Assembly: GCA_944372585.1 (NCBI GenBank)
Contig: CALVZQ010000002.1
Coordinates: forward strand, 31,425-95,424
Source: an uncultured Clostridia bacterium
GTDB taxonomy: Bacteria > Bacillota > Clostridia > Christensenellales > UBA1242
Reading direction: 5' to 3'
DNA length: 64,000 nt
This document shows, piece by piece, positions 1 through 8,420 of the stretch (positions are counted from its first letter, which is position 1; every line of letters begins with the position of its first letter). Both the position numbers and the translations under genes were made by a program. Below the pieces are notes generated by a model. That model was not told the origin of the DNA. It searched no databases and saw only the letters and a program-made list of their open reading frames with translations.

Positions 1-107
1 CAAACTTCCAAAACCATACTCTTAAACTCGTTCAAAAACAATTCACATTTTGTCTTTGGCATTTTTGTCTTTTTTGACATAAGACTCACAAACTCTGTTT
101 TATTCAT
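1..107 (-). CDS. hup: HU-family DNA-binding protein, N-terminal 35 codons only (gene runs off window start)
   Basis: Manual minus-strand translation from ATG 107-105 gives MNKTEFVSLMSKKTKMPKTKCELFLNEFKSMVLEV, a typical HU/IHF N-terminus. GGAGG (revcomp of 114-118) lies 6 nt upstream. Not in the ORF track because it is truncated. Confidence 0.55.
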   Translation of the reverse strand, partial: MNKTEFVSLMSKKTKMPKTKCELFLNEFKSMVLEV

Positions 108-147
108 AACAAACCTCCAAAAAAATGATGAACAAAAAAGAGAATAA

Positions 148-1698
148 TTAAACATTTTTTTTGGCTCCGACTTTAACTTTTGTTGTTTTGAATCTTAAAA
201 TGAAAGGAATTGTCAAAACAAAATAAACAAACACCCCAAGAGCAATCGCAAAGATGATGTTCAAGACTATGTGAAAATAGTTGCAATTTATAAATGTGTA
301 AACCGTCAAAAACATTGCTAACGTGGCAAAAATCAGCATAAACAGTTCGTTGAAAGACAGAGAAAAATTTACAATTCTTTTAAGTTTCCATAACGCCAGC
401 AAACACACGATTGCGGATAATGCAATATTTCCAAGCACAAGCGCAAAAATGTTTATTGATGGAACAGCCGACAAGAAAAATGACAGGTTTGCTTTGGCAA
501 CACCACCCAAAGCCGTGATTGCCAATATAAATTTAAACTCTCCGTTTGCCTGAAGCAACATTGTGAGATATTGCATAATGGCGGTGAAAATGATGGAGAA
601 CGCACCATACAACATCAATTCAAAAGCCGTATTCAAAATTGCCCCTGTCATGTCTTTGTAAACCAACATAAATGCCTGCTTTGAAATTGCAACAACGCCA
701 AAAGTTGTCGGCAAAATCAAAAACAACAGCAATTTCAACCCTTTTTCAATTGTTTTCTTTCCCCCTGTCCCCCTTGAAATCAAATATGAAATGTTTGGAA
801 GCAAGGTTGTTGTGACAGCCATTGAAATGATCAATGGGAAATTTAAGATTGCCCCAACAATGCCCGACTGTAACCCAAAAAGTTTTGTTGCCAATCCATT
901 TGTGAAACCTGCTTTTATGAGTCTTGGAACAATAACCAAACCATCAAACGCATTGACAAGTGGCAAAATGGACGCAGAAAACATAAGCGGAAAGTTTGCT
1001 TTGTCAAACTCTTTTCTTGCAAACTTAATTTCTTGCAAATTTTGAAGTTTTAGGGCGTTTTTGTTTTTATATATCTGAAGAATGAAAAGGTATGATAATG
1101 ACACAACTTCACTCAATGTAATGCCCAAAAATGCGCCAAAGACACCTTCAGTCACACCAAATTTTCCAAAATAAAAAGAAAACAACAACCCTAAAACAAA
1201 TTTGAAAACCTGTTCAATGACTTGACTGACAGCAGTTGGCACCATGTTTTCATAACCTTGAAAGTAACCTCTCAACGCACTAAGTCCAGCGCCCAGTGGC
1301 AAAAGCACGATAAAAAGATAATAACTTTTGTTGTTTGCAATTCCTTGAAATGTGGAGATATATTTCCCGAGAACAAGAAAAACGAGCCCCAGCAACAATC
1401 CAATTCCGACACCAACAAACAAAGCTCTCTTCAAATAGGTGGCAATCTTGGCATTTTCGCCCCTTGCTCTTGCCCCACTGATTAATTTGGATAAAGAATT
1501 TGTTATTCCTCCGCTTGTAAGGACCAATGCAAAAGCATAAAGAGACATAATAAGTTGGAAAATTCCAATCCCTTCAATGCCGATAAGGTTTGTAAGTGGC
1601 AACCTAAACAAAGCCCCAAGTGATTTGCAAACAACCCCGCTGATAAGCAAAATCAGTGCACTCACACCCAAACGATTTTGACTTCTTTCAATTTTCAT
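148..1698 (-). CDS. MOP-superfamily flippase, SpoVB/MurJ-like polysaccharide biosynthesis protein (516 aa)
   Basis: Polytopic membrane protein. The N-terminal LPLTNLIGIEGIGIFQLIMSLYAFALVLTSGGI resembles SpoVB/MurJ-family proteins. Start trimmed from GTG 1713 to ATG 1698, which has GAGGTG just upstream. Confidence 0.8.
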   Translation of the reverse strand: MKIERSQNRLGVSALILLISGVVCKSLGALFRLPLTNLIGIEGIGIFQLIMSLYAFALVLTSGGITNSLSKLISGARARGENAKIATYLKRALFVGVGIGLLLGLVFLVLGKYISTFQGIANNKSYYLFIVLLPLGAGLSALRGYFQGYENMVPTAVSQVIEQVFKFVLGLLFSFYFGKFGVTEGVFGAFLGITLSEVVSLSYLFILQIYKNKNALKLQNLQEIKFARKEFDKANFPLMFSASILPLVNAFDGLVIVPRLIKAGFTNGLATKLFGLQSGIVGAILNFPLIISMAVTTTLLPNISYLISRGTGGKKTIEKGLKLLLFLILPTTFGVVAISKQAFMLVYKDMTGAILNTAFELMLYGAFSIIFTAIMQYLTMLLQANGEFKFILAITALGGVAKANLSFFLSAVPSINIFALVLGNIALSAIVCLLALWKLKRIVNFSLSFNELFMLIFATLAMFLTVYTFINCNYFHIVLNIIFAIALGVFVYFVLTIPFILRFKTTKVKVGAKKNV

Positions 1699-1838
1699 AA
1701 ACACCTCAAACACAATAAGAATTTGAATTTATGGTGCTAAATACAAAAAGAAATATTCAAAAAAATTAAAAAAGGGTATTTACAAATCAAACTTAACATG
1801 ATATAATTGCTTTGAATAAAAAGTATAAGGAGATTGAT

Positions 1839-2330
1839 ATGGGATACCTTATTGAAAAGTCTAATGCTCGTCATCCAGGAATTTGCAAAATGCAAGATGG
1901 AAAATCTGCAAAAGAGATTATGCCAATCGTGGAATTTATTGACAATTGCAATCAATCGGGAGATTTGCTTGATACTGCGTTGCCATTCTTGTCTTTCATT
2001 GCAAATGCTTTTCCAACAAAAGAGGCTTTCAACAAATATTTGATCACAGTTTCAAGACTCAATGTCCAATTTGGTGATTTCTTCTTGCAAATGAAACAAA
2101 GAGGGCTTCCTGTGACAATTCCAGACGCAGAATATTGGAATAATGAATTTGACAGAATAACAAAAGAAATAGACTCAGGAAGAAAAGACAGAATCCTTGG
2201 AAGCAGAGAACTTGCAAATAAATTTGGAAACACAATGTTGACTTGTATCGATGAAAATATCAAAACTGCAAAACCTTACGGACTTGTTCCTCCTGTATCT
2301 TCGTTGGAAGAAAAAGCAAAAAACAAATAA
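1839..2330 (+). CDS. hypothetical protein (163 aa)
   Basis: ORF 1812-2330 trimmed to ATG 1839, preceded by AAGGAG (1827-1832) at 6-nt spacing. No family recognised. Confidence 0.6.
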   Translation: MGYLIEKSNARHPGICKMQDGKSAKEIMPIVEFIDNCNQSGDLLDTALPFLSFIANAFPTKEAFNKYLITVSRLNVQFGDFFLQMKQRGLPVTIPDAEYWNNEFDRITKEIDSGRKDRILGSRELANKFGNTMLTCIDENIKTAKPYGLVPPVSSLEEKAKNK

Positions 2331-2333
2331 GAC

Positions 2334-2364
2334 AAAAAAGAAGTCAAACTTGACTTCTTTTTTT
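2334..2364. terminator. bidirectional intrinsic terminator between convergent genes
   Basis: Stem AAGAAGTCA (2338-2346) / TGACTTCTT (2351-2359), 4-nt loop, A-run on the left and T-run on the right. Confidence 0.8.
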
Positions 2365-2380
2365 GCGATATTTCAACAAT

Positions 2381-3664
2381 CTATTCAAGACCTTTGTTCA
2401 ATTCATTAGTTTCAAGCACCTTGCTGCTTGGTTTTTCATTGCTCAAAACTTCACTACTTACAGTGCTTTTGCTGTTTGTGGAAATCTCAAGTTTTTTCTG
2501 CCTCTGCTCAAATCTCTTCAAAAATTCTTGAATTTTTTCCTCTTCAGTCTTTGATGCTGGAGTGGACATTGGAGCAGTTACTTGTTCTGAAATGACTGGT
2601 TCTGGTGTTGGAATCTTCGACGTATTTGCCGTTGAAGATGCCTTTGGAAGTGCAGTGCCAAAACTTGGAACTGTCGCTCCGCCAGGCAATTCAGATTTGA
2701 AGTTTTTAAAGTCATAAACAAATGGTTTAAATTTGGCTCCGCCACCACCTTTGGCTTTTCCCTTGCTTTTTGTTGGCGCAGCTTTTTTTTCCTCTTTCTT
2801 TTCCTGTTTTTTAGGCAATTCTGCAACTTCTGTGACACGAGGAGTTGTCGCTTTGTCTCTGATTCTTTGAATCGGAGTGCTGTAACCCAAAAAGATGGTT
2901 TTTGCTTCTTCGATTTTCAAAAGTTCTGGCAATGCTTTGATCTTTGAAATAACATAGTCCAAAACGATTTTGAGCCTTGTGTTGTCTTGATTTATGCTGG
3001 AATCTGTCTGCATAATTTTTTCTATCATCAATTTGTATTGAAGTTTAAGTTTTTCGCCCAATTCTCCACAACCGTCTAGGAATTTCAACATTCTGACAAG
3101 ATATAATTGTGAAAGAATTTCTGTCAATTCTCTATTGAAGACAAACTCATTCTTTTGACGCAATAAATAATTTTTGATGTATTCATCTTTTTCATAAACT
3201 TCTTCGTCGAAATAAACTTTCCAACGTGAATAGACATTTTCTTTAAATTTTGGAGAATAAACATCAACAAAACTATCCAAATTGGTCACATGTTTGACAT
3301 CTTCTTCAACACCATTTTCAATCTCAATTATGGAAAGATTTGCATTGCAATATGTTTCAGATATGTCAAATTCAATCCTGAAGTTCAAAACCACATCATC
3401 AATTTTGGTCGAAGCATAGACAATATTGTTGTTTTTGTCATCAAACTTTTTTGGAAGAACAATCAATGCCTCCAAAATTTTTGTGTTTGAAATTTTGTAT
3501 GAACCATCAGGAAAAAACTCCCCAAGCAAATTGTTGCGCTGTTTTCGCTGGTATAACAACACATTCAAATATTCATTTTTCACTTTATCCGCATCAATAT
3601 TGCTTGCAACGGTTTTTTGCCCTTCAACGATGCCAAACATTGTTTCTTTTGTCTTCTTTCTCAT
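2381..3664 (-). CDS. hypothetical protein (427 aa): globular N-terminal ~290 aa plus K/E/P/S/T-rich low-complexity C-terminal third
   Basis: Long ORF with no family recognised. The C-terminal region contains PKKQEKKEEKKAAPTKSKGKAKGGGGAKFKP and S/T/P-rich stretches. No Shine-Dalgarno before ATG 3664 (see promoter 3671-3699). Confidence 0.7.
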   Translation of the reverse strand: MRKKTKETMFGIVEGQKTVASNIDADKVKNEYLNVLLYQRKQRNNLLGEFFPDGSYKISNTKILEALIVLPKKFDDKNNNIVYASTKIDDVVLNFRIEFDISETYCNANLSIIEIENGVEEDVKHVTNLDSFVDVYSPKFKENVYSRWKVYFDEEVYEKDEYIKNYLLRQKNEFVFNRELTEILSQLYLVRMLKFLDGCGELGEKLKLQYKLMIEKIMQTDSSINQDNTRLKIVLDYVISKIKALPELLKIEEAKTIFLGYSTPIQRIRDKATTPRVTEVAELPKKQEKKEEKKAAPTKSKGKAKGGGGAKFKPFVYDFKNFKSELPGGATVPSFGTALPKASSTANTSKIPTPEPVISEQVTAPMSTPASKTEEEKIQEFLKRFEQRQKKLEISTNSKSTVSSEVLSNEKPSSKVLETNELNKGLE

Positions 3665-3670
3665 GCTTTT

Positions 3671-3699
3671 ATTATACTATATAAATCCAATGTTTGCAA
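3671..3699 (-). promoter_or_regulatory. sigma-A-type promoter TTGCAA-17 nt-TATAAT, ending 6 nt upstream of ATG 3664
   Basis: Revcomp of 3694-3699 is TTGCAA and revcomp of 3671-3676 is TATAAT, with an exact 17-nt spacer. Only GCTTTT (plus strand 3665-3670) separates the -10 from the start codon. Confidence 0.5.
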
Positions 3700-3732
3700 G
3701 ACATTTTCAAAATTCTTCTTTCAGACATTATC

Positions 3733-4044
3733 CTACTTCCTTAAAAAAGTTACGCACAAAGGTTTGTTCTCAATGTCGTTCAAAGTTATCCCATTTGCCA
3801 CACATTTTCCATTATCATTAAACAAACAATGTGCATTGCACCCAATTCCTATCGTTGCAGAATCTCTTTGTGGTGCATAGACTGGTGGGTTGTCAGAAAA
3901 AAGCCATTTTGTTTTGTCAACTGCAGGTTTATTTCCTTTCTCAAATTTTGCACACTCCACATTTTTCTTTATCAAAATTTCCTTTGCCTTGCATGTGTAT
4001 TTGTCATTATATTTGCAACTTGTTTTTCTGCATCTGATATCCAT
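3733..4044 (-). CDS. small Cys-rich protein with two DUF1540-like repeats (103 aa)
   Basis: Two C-x-x-x-C-x-Y/F-N...C-x-A...I motifs (CRKTSCKYNDKYTCKAKEILI and CNAHCLFNDNGKCVANGITL). Start trimmed from TTG 4056 to ATG 4044, which has GGAGG (4050-4054 revcomp) 5 nt upstream. Confidence 0.7.
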   Translation of the reverse strand: MDIRCRKTSCKYNDKYTCKAKEILIKKNVECAKFEKGNKPAVDKTKWLFSDNPPVYAPQRDSATIGIGCNAHCLFNDNGKCVANGITLNDIENKPLCVTFLRK

Positions 4045-4124
4045 AACTTCCTCCAATTGTTAGTATTTCCATTTGTTGACAAAACAAACCGCAATATAGT
4101 AAACTTAAAGCAAAGAGGTGAAAT

Positions 4125-4571
4125 ATGAAAGTTGTACTACTTAAAGATGTCAGAGGCACAGGCAAAAAAGGTGAAATCAAAGAAGTCGCTGATGGATATG
4201 CAAAAAACTTTTTGTTTAAGAACAATCTTGCAAAAATTGCAGACAGAAGTGCATTGAACGAAAATCAAAATCAAAATGAAGCAGCAAAATTTCATAAAGC
4301 TCAAGAAATTGCTGCAGCAAAAGAACTTGCAAAAAAGATTGAAGGAAAAACCATTAATCTCAAAATCAAATGTGGTAGCAATGGAAAAACCTTTGGCTCC
4401 ATCACCAGCAAAGAAATTTCTGATGAACTTGCAAAACTTTCAATCCAAATTGACAAGAAAAAAATTGATTTGAAAGAGCCAATCAAAATGACTGGAAGAT
4501 ATAGTGTTGTCGCAAAAGTTTATCCTGAAATTTCCGCGAAGTTTACTGTCAGTGTTGAGGCAGAGCAATAA
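4125..4571 (+). CDS. rplI: 50S ribosomal protein L9
   Basis: [36 protein letters not shown] is a canonical L9 N-terminus. AGAGGTG RBS upstream. Confidence 0.95.
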   Translation: MKVVLLKDVRGTGKKGEIKEVADGYAKNFLFKNNLAKIADRSALNENQNQNEAAKFHKAQEIAAAKELAKKIEGKTINLKIKCGSNGKTFGSITSKEISDELAKLSIQIDKKKIDLKEPIKMTGRYSVVAKVYPEISAKFTVSVEAEQ

Positions 4572-4577
4572 AAAACA

Positions 4578-4607
4578 ACCAACTGGAAACAGTTGGTCAT
4601 TTTTTTC
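4578..4607. terminator. intrinsic terminator after rplI (shared with convergent small ORF)
   Basis: Stem ACCAACTG (4578-4585) / CAGTTGGT (4590-4597), loop GAAA, then a T-run at 4600-4606. Confidence 0.8.
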
Positions 4608-4770
4608 TTTTCAACAAACCATATTTGCTGTTGATAAGTGTGGTCAATGAGCAAGAAACCTGATTTACCAAATTTCTCAGATCTTCCAACTCTTCAAGTT
4701 CAAGTCCGCGAGCAAGTTCCATCGCAATTGATGTCGCAAGCAAAATAAGCTCTTCTTCTTTACGCGCCAT
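4597..4770 (-). CDS. unannotated small helical protein (57 aa), below the ORF-track cutoff
   Basis: Manual translation: MARKEEELILLATSIAMELARGLELEELEDLRNLVNQVSCSLTTLINSKYGLLKRKK. The pattern S-I-A-x-x-L-A-x-G-x-x-x-E-E-L...L-x-x-x-V...L-x-T-L-I resembles, from memory, a family of small clostridial proteins. The stretch is locally GC-richer than the flanks. No clear SD. Confidence 0.45.
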   Translation of the reverse strand: MARKEEELILLATSIAMELARGLELEELEDLRNLVNQVSCSLTTLINSKYGLLKRKK

Positions 4771-4809
4771 ATAATTTTATATTAATTGAGACAAATATTT
4801 GTGAGTTTA

Positions 4810-5595
4810 TTAGAGTTGCTGACAATTTTTGAAAAGTTCAACAAATTCGTTCAGCGAAAATTGCTCTGGCCGTTTTCCTAAAACTTCTTCAGAAAATTTC
4901 TCTTTGAGTTTGTTTTTGTCATAAACTGATGAAAGATTGTTTAAGATTGTCTTTCTTCGCATTGAAAAGCATGCCTTGATGAATTTCAAAAATTCTTTTT
5001 TGTCAATATCTTCAAATTTTTCTCTGTCAATTTCAATATGCAAAAGAGCGGAATCGACATTTGGCTCGGGATAAAACATTTGTCGTCCAATGATCCTTGT
5101 AATTTTCGGTGTTCCGTAAAGCCATGTCATCACCGTCAAAATTCCATAGTCTTTTCCTCCAAAATCGGCACATATCCTTTCTGCAACTTCTTTTTGAACC
5201 ATGATTGTCAAAGAAGAAACTTTTTTTCCCTCTTCCAGCAATTTGAAAATTATCGGTGTGGTGATGTAATAAGGCAAATTCGCAACAACTTTGTAATTTC
5301 CCGCAAACTTTTTCTCCACATCTTTCATGTCAATTTTCATGAAATCTTCAAACACAAAGTCAACATTTTCTAGATTCAACCCTAAGAGATGTTGTTGCAA
5401 ATCTTTGTCTATTTCATATGCCACCACTTTCTTTGCTCTCTCTGACAAAATCTGTGTCAAACTCCCTGCTCCTGGACCTATTTCCAAAACCTCGTCATTC
5501 GCAGAGATGTTTGCATCTGATGCAATCGCATTTAGCAAATTTTTGTCACTTATAAAGTTCTGTCCAAACTTCTTTTTGAAAACAAAATCTCTCAT
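4810..5595 (-). CDS. rsmA: 16S rRNA (adenine1518/1519-N6)-dimethyltransferase RsmA/KsgA
   Basis: KKFGQNFI and LEIGPGAGSLT motifs. 4-nt overlap with the upstream TatD-family gene. Confidence 0.93.
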   Translation of the reverse strand: MRDFVFKKKFGQNFISDKNLLNAIASDANISANDEVLEIGPGAGSLTQILSERAKKVVAYEIDKDLQQHLLGLNLENVDFVFEDFMKIDMKDVEKKFAGNYKVVANLPYYITTPIIFKLLEEGKKVSSLTIMVQKEVAERICADFGGKDYGILTVMTWLYGTPKITRIIGRQMFYPEPNVDSALLHIEIDREKFEDIDKKEFLKFIKACFSMRRKTILNNLSSVYDKNKLKEKFSEEVLGKRPEQFSLNEFVELFKNCQQL

Positions 5596-6359
5596 ATACC
5601 AAACACCCTTCTTGCATTTTCCGTTGTGATCCTTGCCACTTCTTCAATGCTTATCCCTTTAATTCTTGCAATTTGGTCGGCAACATAAACGACATTTTTT
5701 GGTTCGTTTCTTTGTCCTCTGAAAGGAACAGGAGTCATGTATGGACAATCGGTTTCAAGCAAAATTTTTTCCATTGGCAAGTTTTTCACAACTTCAACAA
5801 CATTTTTTGCATTTTTGAAAGTCACAACCCCACCAAATGAAAAAGAAAAACCAAGATTCATCAAAATTTTTGCACTTTCAAAACTTCCACTGTAACAATG
5901 CATCAAACTTTCTTTTTTTACCTTTGTTTTTTTCAAAATCTCAATGGTGTCACCCATCGCATCACGACAGTGCACAACAATCGGCAACCCCACTTCATTT
6001 GCTAGTTCAATCTGCTTTTCAAAAATCAGTTTTTGAAGATTTTTATTCTCAACAGTGAAGTGATAATCAAGTCCAATTTCCCCAATTCCAACAACCTTTT
6101 TCTCTTTTACAAGTTTGATAAGCAGTTGTTTCTCCTGTTCAAAATCAACATCGTCAACATTTTCTGGATGAAGCCCAATTGTCGCAAACACATTTGCAAA
6201 TTTATGTGCAAGATCAACTGCATCTATTGACGATTGCATGTCATATGCAGAACAGATGATTTTGGTTACCCCTTTTTCATCTGCTCTTTTGACAACTTCT
6301 TCAACATCTTCTTTGAAACATTCGTCCAAGATATGAGCATGTACATCAACAAATTTCAT
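5592..6359 (-). CDS. TatD-family metal-dependent hydrolase (YabD-like)
   Basis: MKFVDVHAHILDE N-terminus, EIGLDYH and LLETDCPYMTP motifs. Confidence 0.9.
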   Translation of the reverse strand: MKFVDVHAHILDECFKEDVEEVVKRADEKGVTKIICSAYDMQSSIDAVDLAHKFANVFATIGLHPENVDDVDFEQEKQLLIKLVKEKKVVGIGEIGLDYHFTVENKNLQKLIFEKQIELANEVGLPIVVHCRDAMGDTIEILKKTKVKKESLMHCYSGSFESAKILMNLGFSFSFGGVVTFKNAKNVVEVVKNLPMEKILLETDCPYMTPVPFRGQRNEPKNVVYVADQIARIKGISIEEVARITTENARRVFGI

Positions 6360-6495
6360 AGAAAAAGTCTATCAAAATCACAAAAATAAGTCAAGTGCTG
6401 CCATGTTTTTCCTTAAAACTGCTGATTAACCATTGCTCTTAATAAAATATTTGATTTTTATTCTTTTTTCGAGAAATTTCGCATAGATTTCTTAT

Positions 6496-7074
6496 ATGAA
6501 TATTTTTTGGTATGTCATGATGTTTTTAAGCATTCTAGTGCTTCTCATAACAAACCCAAGTGCCGTGTTGTCAGAAATGATTGACGCTTCGGCCGATGCA
6601 CTGTCTCTATGCATCGAACTCTGCGCCATCTATGCAGTCTGGCTGGGACTTTTGGAAATGGTTGAAGCAAGCGGACTCGGAGAAAAACTCGCCAAATTAC
6701 TCCGTCCCCTCATCAAAAAAATTTTCAAGGTTGACAATGCCGAAACACAGAAAATCATTGCTCTGAATGTTTCTGCAAATATGCTTGGACTTGGAAATGC
6801 TGCAACACCCATGGGCATAAAGGCCATGCAATCTCTTGATGACAAGAGCGGAAGGGCAAATTTTGCCATGATTATGCTTGTCGTGATCAATGCCACATCA
6901 ATTCAACTTCTTCCAACAACCGTGATTGGTTTGCGTGCAAGTGCTGGCTCAGAAAACCCATCTGACATCATTCTTCCAACACTGATTGTGACTTTTTGCA
7001 CAACACTTCTTGGGATAATCTTAGTTCACACAATTGACAAATTCAAACGACAAAAGGCTAGGGCAAAATCATGA
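6496..7074 (+). CDS. spmA: spore maturation protein A (nucleoside-recognition-domain membrane protein)
   Basis: SpmA-like membrane protein. 4-nt overlap (ATGA) with the following spmB-like gene. Confidence 0.85.
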   Translation: MNIFWYVMMFLSILVLLITNPSAVLSEMIDASADALSLCIELCAIYAVWLGLLEMVEASGLGEKLAKLLRPLIKKIFKVDNAETQKIIALNVSANMLGLGNAATPMGIKAMQSLDDKSGRANFAMIMLVVINATSIQLLPTTVIGLRASAGSENPSDIILPTLIVTFCTTLLGIILVHTIDKFKRQKARAKS

Positions 7075-7577
7075 GCAACTACATTTTGCCAATCTTGTTT
7101 TTGCTCCTTTTTGCCTACTGCCTCTATAAACGAATAAACACTTATGACACCTTTGTCAAGGGTGCAAAAGGTGCAATCAAATTGGTTGTTGACATCTTTC
7201 CGTTCATTGCCTCAATCTTAATTGCTGTCGCTCTTTTGAGAGTGAGTGGAATAACAAATTTCCTGGCACAAATGTTGGCACCAATTTTTAATGCTCTTGG
7301 AATTCCGACAGAACTTTGTGAACTCGTGCTGTTGCGACCATTTACCGGAAGTGGAAGTTACGGAATTTTGGAAAACATCTTCACAACTTATGGTGCTGAC
7401 AGTTATATCTCCCGCTGTGCTTGTGTAATCATGGGTTGCAGCGAAACAATCTTCTATGTTGCCACGGTTTACATCTCCCAAACCAAAGTCAAAAAATTGT
7501 TGTATGCCATACCTGTCGCACTGATATGCTCACTTATCGGCACAATTTTGGCATGTTTAATATGCAAAGTGATGTGA
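7071..7577 (+). CDS. spmB: spore maturation protein B
   Basis: SpmB-like membrane protein, translationally coupled to spmA. Confidence 0.85.
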   Translation: MSNYILPILFLLLFAYCLYKRINTYDTFVKGAKGAIKLVVDIFPFIASILIAVALLRVSGITNFLAQMLAPIFNALGIPTELCELVLLRPFTGSGSYGILENIFTTYGADSYISRCACVIMGCSETIFYVATVYISQTKVKKLLYAIPVALICSLIGTILACLICKVM

Positions 7578-7613
7578 ATAAGAAAAGCGCAGTTAATAAT
7601 TTTTCAAACTTAA

Positions 7614-7651
7614 ACAAAAAAATAGTGGTACCTTTCCCACTATATTTTTTT
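7614..7651. terminator. bidirectional intrinsic terminator (spmB / convergent SHOCT gene)
   Basis: Stem ATAGTGG (7622-7628) / CCACTAT (7637-7643), flanked by an A-run and a T-run. Confidence 0.6.
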
Positions 7652-7680
7652 CAAAGACAAAAATTTTGTTTTCTTTCTTT

Positions 7681-8334
7681 TTAGAATTCATATTTGTCAA
7701 TCAATTTTTCTTTGAGTTTTTTGTATTCTTCATCAGTGATGATTTCGGCTTCTTTCATTTCTTTGAGTTCTGACAAGGTTTGATAGAGTTTTGACATTGT
7801 AACGCCAGTTTTGTTTTGAACCGGATTTGATTGTGTCTTTTTGACGTCCTCGGCCTTTTCCTCCACTTTTTCCATTTTAGCAACTTCCTTGTTTTGTTCG
7901 GACACAGGATTTTTCAATGCCTTTTTATTCGCACATAGATCTATCATGATAAATATTGCACACATTACATAAACAAGCAACACAATTATTGAGAAATAGT
8001 TACCGCTTATAGCATTAAATAATGAGCCAATCACAGCGATACAATCAAACACAAACAAAGTAATAATAAGACCGGAATATTTGTTAAATCTGTCAATTGG
8101 TAAAGAACTTTTTGCCAATAAAATGCTCGACAAAATTATTATCACAGTTGCAAAAACAAATTCGAAAATACATGTCACAGTCAAGACTGTAAGATATGTT
8201 GTGTCAAGACCAACCTGCGAATTATATTCAATCATGGCAAACAAAACAATAAGCGTTGCAAGAATATCTAAAGAAGCAAACACAACATTAACAATTCCAC
8301 CAGTCAAAGTAAAAGGTCTACGTTTCTTTTCCAT
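7681..8334 (-). CDS. multi-pass membrane protein with C-terminal SHOCT-like domain (217 aa)
   Basis: About 4 TM helices. The C-terminus LSELKEMKEAEIITDEEYKKLKEKLIDKYEF matches the SHOCT pattern. Start trimmed from TTG 8349 to ATG 8334 (GGGAGA 7 nt upstream). Confidence 0.7.
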   Translation of the reverse strand: MEKKRRPFTLTGGIVNVVFASLDILATLIVLFAMIEYNSQVGLDTTYLTVLTVTCIFEFVFATVIIILSSILLAKSSLPIDRFNKYSGLIITLFVFDCIAVIGSLFNAISGNYFSIIVLLVYVMCAIFIMIDLCANKKALKNPVSEQNKEVAKMEKVEEKAEDVKKTQSNPVQNKTGVTMSKLYQTLSELKEMKEAEIITDEEYKKLKEKLIDKYEF

Positions 8335-8420
8335 AAAAACATCTCCCAATAGATTTATTATATCACTTCACCATTCAAAAATCAATAGATATTGAAAAAA
8401 CAAGATGTCGAAAAACTTTT

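Noticed and set aside
2578-2838. An 86-aa highly basic ORF (KRKRKKKLRQQKAREKPK...) overlapping the 3-prime part of the 2381-3664 gene in another frame.
   Set aside because: It is an off-frame reading of the lysine/glutamate-rich low-complexity segment of the longer gene, with no independent RBS.
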